Source: Meiothermus sp. (lineage in GTDB: Bacteria; Deinococcota; Deinococci; Deinococcales; Thermaceae). From it: a stretch of DNA of 64,000 bases. Below the pieces are notes generated by a model. That model searched no databases. It worked only from the letters and a program-made list of their open reading frames with translations, and was not told the DNA's origin. Each line of letters starts with the position of its first letter. Positions within the stretch are counted from its first letter, which is position 1. Below are positions 48,001-56,200 of this stretch, one piece after another. A program made the position numbers and the translations under genes. The stretch is taken from the NCBI GenBank assembly GCA_033762915.1, contig JANRLD010000042.1, positions 1 through 64,000 on the forward strand, in the 5' to 3' direction.

Positions 48001-49419
48001 GAGGGAGTCGGGGATCAGCGCCGCTGCGCCGCCGCCCAGCACCCTCGAGGGGTCGCCCTGGCCCAGCAGCTCGAAGGTGGCCCGGTTGCCCAGGGTGATG
48101 CGGCCCTCGGCGTCCTTGGCCCACACCGGGTCGGGGGTGGCCTCCATGACCGCGCGCAGCAGCTCGGCGCTCCTGCGCAGCTCCTCCTCGGCCCGCCTGC
48201 GCTCGGTGACGTCCAGGGCGGCCAGGGTGGCCCGCAGGGGGCGGGGGGGCAGGGAGTCGCGGTCAAAGAACGCCTGCTTGCGCACACTCACCCAGCGGGT
48301 CTGGTCGCCGGGCAACGCCACCCGGTGCTCCATGGCGAACCAGCCCGGGCCGGAGGGGTCCAGGAGGCGTCCGATGGCCCGCTCCAACTCCCTGCGGTCG
48401 TCGGGGTGGAAGGTGGCGTGGAGGCGCTCGCGACTCACGGTGACCCTGCCCTCGCCCAGCCCGAACAGCCGGGCCGCCTCGGGGCTGAGGGTGACGGTGC
48501 CCGCCGGGTAGTCCACCTCGGCCAGGGCCAGCCCCGCAACCTGGGCGCCGAGCTGGAGCCGGGCCTCGCTCTCCCGAAGCGCCGCCTCGACCCGTTTGCG
48601 TTCGCTGATGTCGAGGGCCTTGCCCAGCAGACGCTGCGGGCGGCCCGCAGCGTCGCGGATCAGCTGGCCCTGGTCCCACACCCACACGTAGCTGCCGTCA
48701 CGGCGGCGCAGCCGGTACTCGGAGCTACGCGCCTCGACGGCCCCCTCCAGTGACATCAGGTCGGAGTGCATCACCCGCTCGCGGTCGTCGGGGTGGATGA
48801 GGTCGGCCCACCAGTCGCGGTCGGGGCGGATCTCCTCGGGGGCGTACCCCAGCAGGGACTGCAGGCCCGCGCTGCGGCTCACCACCGGCCCCGGCCAGCG
48901 GACGTCGTAGACGTAGCCGTGCATCACCTGCTCGGCCATGCGCGCTCGCTCGGCGGCCAGGGCCAGCTCGACCTCGGCCCGCCTGCGCTCGGTGATGTCC
49001 CGGTTGAGCGCTACCGCCCCTACCGGGCTGCCCTCGGCGTCGCGCCGCAGCCGCACGGTGGAGAGCACGTGCAGCCGGTGCCCGGCCTTGTGGTACTGCC
49101 CCACCTCGCCCCGCCACTCGCCGGCCTCCAGCAGCACCCGCCGGGCCTGCGCGGCATCCTCGAGCAGCAGGTCGGTGAGAAGCAGCTCTTGGGTGGTGCG
49201 GCCTAGCGCTTCCCGGGCCGTCCAGCCGTAGGTCTCCTCGGCCCCCCGGTTCCAGCTCTGGATGCGGTACTCGAGGTCGGTGGAGATCACCGCGTCGGAG
49301 ACGTGCTCCAGCACCTCGGCCAGGTGGCGCAGGTGATCCGCCGAAATAGGCTCGGCGAGTGCGGGGTGGGTGGGGTCGCTCACAGATTTCCTGATCCAGC
49401 CGCGCGAACCGAGATTCAA
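45067..49419 (-). CDS. cytoplasmic multi-PAS/GAF sensor histidine kinase
   Basis: Repeated IHPDDR...D(I/V)TER(R/K) PAS-PAC units; AAHELRAPL H-box; LLENALKY, DTGVGI, GTGLGLSI. Confidence 0.92.
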   Translation of the reverse strand: MNLGSRGWIRKSVSDPTHPALAEPISADHLRHLAEVLEHVSDAVISTDLEYRIQSWNRGAEETYGWTAREALGRTTQELLLTDLLLEDAAQARRVLLEAGEWRGEVGQYHKAGHRLHVLSTVRLRRDAEGSPVGAVALNRDITERRRAEVELALAAERARMAEQVMHGYVYDVRWPGPVVSRSAGLQSLLGYAPEEIRPDRDWWADLIHPDDRERVMHSDLMSLEGAVEARSSEYRLRRRDGSYVWVWDQGQLIRDAAGRPQRLLGKALDISERKRVEAALRESEARLQLGAQVAGLALAEVDYPAGTVTLSPEAARLFGLGEGRVTVSRERLHATFHPDDRRELERAIGRLLDPSGPGWFAMEHRVALPGDQTRWVSVRKQAFFDRDSLPPRPLRATLAALDVTERRRAEEELRRSAELLRAVMEATPDPVWAKDAEGRITLGNRATFELLGQGDPSRVLGGGAAALIPDSLQAQRVRENDARVMATGRAELVEEEFGDPADPMVFQSFKAPLRDGAGRVVGVVGVSRDVTDDRRRRADQAFLTGMRDALAPLGGAAEIALEAGALTVRHLGLSQCLFVEIDEAASTATVFHNSRPEGPAALLESYRLTEFHTLEERRRLGGGEPVVIPDVRSSERPEEATEGFEALGIRALVNAPYASGGRGRFVLSAQQDRPRPWRDREVGLLMEVAALVYPRLERARVEARLKESEERLQLALASARMGAWDLDLASGVEHWSPGMSALFGLPHRPVRPADDFSDRVHPHDLPLIRARAALATQGGQEYVEDEFRIVLPGGEERWVSSRARLHRDAEGRVTRMTGVNLDVTERKRAEEALQESERRLREAQRVSKTGSWVWDLATNAVEWSEYMYELLGVQKGPDRQSVYDIMSLIHPDDRRRVAAATEQARRQGRAVTVEYRVLTPAGEKWISGIGEEVRDPSGTAVKLYGTLQDVTHLRQAEEALRESEARFRATADGLPLLVWVHDAEGRREFVNQAFCEYFGVTLEQTRGEGWRMLTHPDDTAAYVGEFLDCVRGRRPFHAEVRVKRGGEWRWLESWGRPRLTESGEYLGFVGTSADITERKQAEEAVQASEERLRLATDVAGMFAWDMDADSGRVIWSHNAARLLGVNEEEMPRDAGSASFFIHEADRGRVLEAYAQAVETGRDIHAVEFRGTDGRAWALHGLLLRGPEGRLQRAVGVTQDITERKRTEEGLRASEERYRRLAESQKRFVNDAAHELRAPLTAIQGNLELLTRFRGMRKADREEALAEVSREAQRLGRLVNDMLALARGDAGAGLRPRALDLAALLRSACADVGPLAAAHDLKATLPERLWLWGDPDRLKQLALQLLENALKYSPPGGEIRVALEADAEGGWAEFRVADTGVGISPEDLPLVFERFFRVDPARRRGPDPGGTGLGLSIAKSIVQMHGGEIRLESQPGRGTTAVVRLPLLQP

Positions 49420-49669
49420 ACCATCGTTGTGTATTATCTGTGGCTAAGCTTAATATGTGCTGAGCCGGTCGAGACCGGGTGCCCCGGTCAACAAACTAAA
49501 GAGCGGGGGCAGGCAGAGGGAGGGCGTCGGTCAGTACCTAAGTCCCTTGTGGGCGGGCGCTCGAGTCGTATCCTGTTTGACCTGCCAACCAGGATCCGCC
49601 CTTGGCGACTCAGGCGAGATGTTCTGCCCGTGCTCTGTCTGGTCGCCCGGTACGTGTGCGCGGGCCGGC

Positions 49670-49960
49670 GCCTTAGCGACCGGGACGGTCTGGAGCTGGC
49701 GAACCGGCACCAGATACTCAATATACTCACAGCCCTCGAGGTCGTCCATCAACTCGCGGCGGGCGGCCTCGAGAACCGGCTTGTTGCCCTCGGGCGTGGG
49801 CTATGTGAAGGCGCTGGCCGGTTGTGCCTCTCCCTCGACGACCCCAACATCCACGAACCCCGCGTCGGGGAGGGGACTTTCACTTTCACTTCCACTTCCA
49901 CTTTCACCCCAACCCTATCGCTGGGGCCAAGCAACTGAAGCGTGCGGCTGTACCACTCCC
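49670..49960 (-). pseudogene. degraded C-terminal fragment resembling NucS/DUF91-domain proteins
   Basis: WYSRTLQLLGPSDRVGVKV../GFVDVGVV.GEAQPASAF*...CEY..LVPVR.LQTVP, with a frameshift and a stop; family recalled from memory, not searched. Confidence 0.5.
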
Positions 49961-50251
49961 GCTCGGGGGCCTGGAGCTTGCCCACCACTACGCACTTGTA
50001 GAACCGGGGACTTGTGCGGCAGCTTGCCGTACATTCCGGCCCTGGCGTTGCTGGCTGCGGCCCGCTCGAGGCCCCGGGGGTGATCCCTGCGTACCTGGGG
50101 ATGGGTCGACCCCCCCTCGCAAATTTGCGACCCCCACTGAACCCACACGAGCGGAGGCCCAATCGGGACTGCCTCACAGCGGTTTTCGCTGTAGGGAGTA
50201 CATTTCAGGGCGGGCTTGTCGTCTTGTCTAACTTTGACCCCTTTAGCCCAG

Positions 50252-53200
50252 CTACCCCAGCACTACCCGAACCCGGCGAACCCGACCGTCGTCTACCAGA
50301 CCGATGCCTTCACTGGGGTTGAGGGAGGTAGAGTCCAGCTCGAGTAGCGCCACCCCCTTGCAAACCCCCTTGGGGTTCTCAACTTGGACTTCGTAGACCG
50401 CTGAGTGGTACTGAAAGCGGATGCTGTATTCGCGCCAGGTCTTGGGGATGCAGGGGTCCAGGTACAGGCGCTGTTTGCGTACCCGGAAGCCCAGAAGCCA
50501 CTCCAAGCCCGCGCGGTACATCCAGCCTGCCGAGCCTGTGTACCAAGTCCAGCCACCCCGACCGATGTGAGGTGCGACCGCGTAGATATCGGCGGCCATC
50601 ACATACGGCTCGACCTTGTAGCGGTGTACCCCGGCGCGGGTCGTGGCCTGGTTGACGGGGTTGAGGATCGAGAGCAACTCGCCCGCCGTGTCACCGTCAC
50701 CCAAGGCAGCAAAGGCCATCGCGCTCCAGACGGCGGCGTGGGTGTACTGCCCGCCGTTTTCGCGCACCCCTGCCGGGTAACCCTTGATGTAACCGGGGTC
50801 TTGGGGTGTGTGCTCGAAAGGCGGGGTGAAGAGCAGCATTAGGCTGTTTTCGCGCTGGAGCAGATGTTGCTCGACGGCTTTCATGGCCTTGCTGGCCCGA
50901 TCAGGTGCCCCTGCCCCACTCAGCACTGCCCAGGACTGGGCAATGGCATCTATGCGGCATTCGCTGTTGAGGGACGAACCCAGTGGGGTGCCGTCGTCGA
51001 AGAAGGCCCGCAGGTACCAGTCGCCGTCCCAAGCCTCGCTCTCGAGGGCGTGCTTGAGCTTACGCACATGGCTGCGCCAGCTTTTCGCCCTGGCCTTCTC
51101 GCCTCGAGACTCAGCGATTTTGGCCCATTCCCAGAGGTTGGTGTGCAAAAACCAAGCCAGCCAGACGCTCTCGCCTTTGCCATGTTGCCCAACCCGATTA
51201 AGCCCGTCGTTCCAGTCGCCGCCGCCGATCAACGGCAGGCCGTGGGGGCCAAGGGCCAGGCTGCGCTCGAGGGCGCGGGCGCAGTGTTCGTAGAGGGTGG
51301 CAGACTGCTCGGAAATTCGAGGTTCAAAATAGCCATCTTCCTGGCCTTCGGGGATGGGCTGACCCTCGAGGAAGGGCACGGTCTCATCCAACACTGCGGC
51401 ATCGCCACTGGCCTCGAGGTAGTGGGTGGTGGTATAGGGCAGCCACAGCAGGTCATCGGAAATGTGGGTGCGTACCCCGCGCCCGGAGGGCGGGTGCCAC
51501 CAGTGCTGCACATCACCCTCGGGGAACTGGTGGGCGGCAGCACGGAGCAGGTGCCGGCGGGTCTGCTCGGGCTGGGCCAGGGTGAGGGCCATGCCGTCTT
51601 GCAACTGGTCGCGGAAGCCGTAGGCCCCACCCGCTTGGTAAAAACCACTGCGTGCCCAGATGCGGCTCGAGAGGTTTTGGTAGAGCAACCAGCGGTTAAG
51701 CATTAAGTCCAGCGCCCGGTCGGGGGTGTGGACTTGTACCATGCCGAGGGTGCTGTCCCAGAAAGCCCTGACTTCATCGAGTTTCTGCTCAATGTTTGCG
51801 CTTCGGTATTGCTGAATTAGTTGCTGGGCTGCTGCGCGGCTCTCGCCCTGACCCAGCAGCAACACCACTTCGGCGCTCTCGCCGGGGGCCAGCTCGAGGG
51901 CGGTCTGCAAAACCGCACAGGGGTCGAGGGCGGCTCCGGCTTTGCCCGACAGGCGGGCGCCTGGCTCGACGCCCTGGGGACGCTGCAGGGTGCCCCCACG
52001 GCCCACAAACTCGGTGCGGTCGCAGGTCCAGCGCTGTTGCTTTCCACGTAAATCAGCGAAGGCCACTCGGTTCGCAAACTCGGGGCTCCAGGGGTTCCAG
52101 GCCAGTAGGGCTTGGCTGGGGTCCATCTCGGTCACGGTGTGGGCTGCCGAGACCTCCTTGGAAACCCCCAGGACCCACTGGGTGTAGCTGCTTAGGGTGA
52201 TGCGGCGGGGTTTGCCCGAGCGGTTCTCGAGGCGCAGGCGGGATATCTTCAGGGGGTCGTGCAGCGGCACGAACTGGGTCAGGTCGCTGTAAATCCCCTG
52301 ATGGGAGTGCTCGAAGCGGCTGTAGCCCTGGCCGTGGTGGGTGAGGTAGACCCCGCTCTCGGAGCGGATGGGGCGAGCGGTGGGGCTCCAGAGTTCGCCG
52401 CTGTCTTCGTCGCGCAGATACCAGGCCTCGCCCACTGGGTCGGTCACAGGGTCGTTGGACCAGGGGGTGAGCTTGTTTTCGCGGCTGTTGCTGGCCCAGT
52501 TATAGCCGCCACCGGACTCCGAGACCAGGAAGCCGAAACCCTCGTTGGCCACCACATTGACCCACGGCGCGGGGGTCCACTGCCCCTCACTCAGCCCGAT
52601 CACATACTCCCTGCCATCGGGGCTAAAGCCGCCCAGACCGTTGAAAAACTCGAGCTTGGGCATTGGCAGGTGTTCGTCTCTGGAGCGGCTAAGGGTCTTG
52701 GGCAGGCGGGACGTGGCGGGCGGGGTTCTGGCAGGCCGCAAGGCGCTAAGCTGTTCAGCCAGAGTTCCCTTGGCACTCGACAGCACCACCCTGGCCACGC
52801 TCTGCAGTTGCTCGAGTTCGTCACTCGAGAGCAGCCCCACCTGGAGCATGAACACATCACCCAAAATGCCGTCGGTCTCGGCTGGCGGCTGGCTGACCCG
52901 CTGCAAATCACGCAGCTCGGCCTGCAGCGCCGAGGCATAGCTGGCGGGTTCTTCGTCCAAGATAACCAAGTCCACCGCCAGGCGTTTGCGCCGCCAATAC
53001 TGGAAGGCCCGCATGATCTGGCGCACCAACTCTCGCTCGCCCAGCTCAGCAATCCGCACCAGCACTATCGGCAAATCGCCCGAGATGCCGTGCCTCCACA
53101 GCACAGGCTGACCCAGGTGGTTACGGGTCATGGCCTCGAGCGAACCCCGCAGGGCACGGCTGGGGAAAATCAAATGCCCGGTCAGTTCTTGGAACAGCGC

Positions 53201-56200
53201 AGCCTCGCCCGACTCGATGCCCAGGTACCGCAGTTCGACCCTCGAGTCCGTCCAGGCCAGGGTCTGGATGCGCTCGAAGGCTGCAGGGTTGCGGTACTTG
53301 TCGGCCAGTACCAGGGCTTCAGCGCGGCTGGGGGCGATCAGGGTAGTAAAGCCGACGCGGGCCACCTCGCCCGGCTCGAGGCGCACCCGCACCCGCAGGC
53401 TGAAGATGGGGTCGAGCACATTGCCTGACGTCCCCGCGAAGGGGCGGCTGTCCATCAGGGCGGCGGGCGCGTGCACTCCCGGCCCTCGGCCCAAAAAGCG
53501 GCTGCGGTCGGTCTCGAATTGCAGCGCGCCCACCGGGGTGCCCTCCACGCAGATCACCTGGGCCGCCCAAAGCGGGGCCTCGTCGGCAGAGCGCGGGCGG
53601 CGGGTGGCCAGCAGGGCGCCCAGCTCGGGGATGAACTCGGTCTTTACGAACAGCTTGGAGAAGGCCGGATGGGCCGCGTCCGCCGACGGGGGGGCCAGCA
53701 CCACCTCGGCGTAGGAGGCCAGCTCGAGTTCCTTGGGGAACTCGCTGTAGTTGCGCAGGGCGACGCGGCGGATTTCGGCATCGTCCTCGGGCGAGACCAA
53801 GACCTGTAAGGTCGAGGCAATGTCCCCCTCGCGGCGGAAAAACCGCGCCCGTTCCTCGTAGAACTGGGCTTCGTAGAGGGTCGGCTCGAGCAGGGTCGGC
53901 TGGGCGGTGGCCGACCACAACAGACCGCTGCGGACATCGCGCAGGTAGATGTAGCTGCCCCAGTCGTCACATGTGGCGTCCTCGCGCCAGCGGGTCACCG
54001 CCAGGCCCTTCCAGCGGCTGTAGCCCGAGCCCGCCGCGCTGAGCATAACTTGGTAGCGCCCGTTGGACAGCAGGTGGGTCTGGGGCTGGCGCTGTCTGGC
54101 CTGGGTGAAGCGGCGCGAGACCACGGGTACCATCTCGCGCACATGCACAGCAGCCGATACCTCCACCGAGGGTGGGCGTGCCACCGGTGCATCCACTCCA
54201 GCCCGCTCGTGCAGCAAGGTGGCGGTGGCCCGTATCCGCACGTCGCGGTAAAAGCGCCGCTGCATGGGGCTGCCCAGCAGGACGTTGCCCAGGGCCACCA
54301 ACAGCATGCCCTGGTGGTGAGCCATGTGGTTGCGCACCAGCGCGAAGGCCTGGCCCTCGGGCAGCCGCCGTGCGGTGTAGTCGAGGGCGTCGTAGAAGCC
54401 ATAGCGGCTGCTGGCTCCCAGGCTGGCCAGCAGGGCGAAGTTCCGCACCGCTGCCAGCGGGTCCACCATCGCGGCCAGCGCGGTGGCGTAGGGCGCAATC
54501 ACCAGCTCGTCGGCCAGGCCGCGCTTGAGGCCCAGCCCCGGTAGCCCGAAGGCCGAGTACTGGTAGGTCATCTCGCGGTCTCGAGAGTTCATCGCCGACT
54601 CCGAGACCCCCCAGGGCACTCCGCGCTCGCGCCCGTAGCTGATCTGCCGCGCCACCACCGTGCGGTAAGTCTGCTCGAGCAGGCTGCCGTTGGGCGAGTG
54701 CATGACCAGCGCGGGCATCAGGTACTCGAACATCGAGCCCGACCAGGAGACCAGCGCCGCCGAGCGCTCGGCGGGGGTCAGGGTGCGGCCCAGGCGAAAC
54801 CAGTGCCCGGTGGGGACCTCGCCGCGGGCGATGGCGACGAAGCTGGTCAGGCGCGACTCCGAGGCCAGCAGGTCGTAGCAGTTGGGGTCGAGGCGGTGGC
54901 CGCGCACGTCGTAGCCGATCGAGAACAGCTTGCGGCTGGGGTCGTAGAGGAAGTCGAAGCCCATAGCATCCACTAGGGGCGCGAGTTGTTTGCTCAGAGC
55001 CGCGATCCGCAGGGTCTGCTCGGCCGGAAGCAACCTTAGGTCGCGCTGATGGCTGCGCAGGTTGCCCAGCAGGGCCTGGCTCCACTCGAGCAACTCCGCA
55101 CCCTCAGACAGCGCACCCTCGGCCAGCAGGGTCTGGCTGATGTCCAACGCCGAAGCCGCCAGTGCTTCGGCCTCGTCCAGGATGGCTCCCCAGGCGGCGG
55201 GCTGCTCGAGCTGGGCTGCGAGTTCGCTCAGGGTTTGCAGCAGTTGTTTCTTGGTCACGGTTCCTCTGCTGCGCTCGGCCACCGCCTCCGCCGCCTGAAC
55301 CACCAGGCTCAGCCCGTCGCGCAGACCCTCGAGGGCGCTGAAACGGTCAGGCGACACCTGGGCCAGCTCCGGAAGGGCCTGCTGAAGGGCAATCAAATGC
55401 CCCGCCAGGTTCCCGCTGTCCACCGAGGAGACGTAGCGCGGCTCGAGCACCCGCAGGTCGCGGGTGTCGTACCAGTTGTAGAGCTGACCCCTGAACTTCT
55501 CCAGCCGCCCGAGGGTGTTGAGGCTCGCCTCGAGGCGCTCGAGGGTTTCGTCCAGCCCGATCCAGCCAAAGTCGCGGGCGCTGATAATCGAAAGCAGATA
55601 GAGGCCGATGTTGGTAGGCGAGGTGCGGTGGGCCACCAGCGGTTTGGGGTCTTCCTGGAAGTTGTCGGGCGGCAGGTGGTGGTCTTCGGGGCCGACAAAG
55701 ACCTCGAAAAAGTGCCAGGTGCGGCGGGCGATTTGCCGCAAGGTTAGGCTGTCGGTTTCACCCAAGGGTTTGGGCAAGGCGGCGGGCTGGGGCAGGCTAA
55801 TCCAACGCGCCACCAGCGGGGATAGCAGCCAGATCAGCAAGAAGGGCAGCGCCATCATCCATCCGCCCGTCTGCCCCATAACCACCCCAAAACCCGCTAC
55901 CAGCGCCAACACCGGCCCGCCATACATACGACGGTAGAACCCGCTCGGCCCGGTGTCGGTTTGGGTGGCGGTCTGGGCGGCGGTGCGCCACTCGAGCATC
56001 CGCTTTTGCCTTATCAGGCGCAGCAAGGTGCGCCCGATCGCGTCCAGTATCAGCCAGGCCTGATGGGCCAACAGGGTCAGGGCCAGCCCCACCTCGGTGG
56101 CCGCCAGCCCAAAGCCTTGGGCGATACGACCCACGTAGACCCGCCTCGAGATGCCGGGTCGGCGCGGAACCAGGCCGCTAAGGGCTGGGATCAGTGGCGG

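Noticed and set aside
49978..49990. TGCCCACCA as an attR copy of the tRNA 3' end
   Set aside because: Only 9 bp match, which is expected by chance in GC-rich DNA
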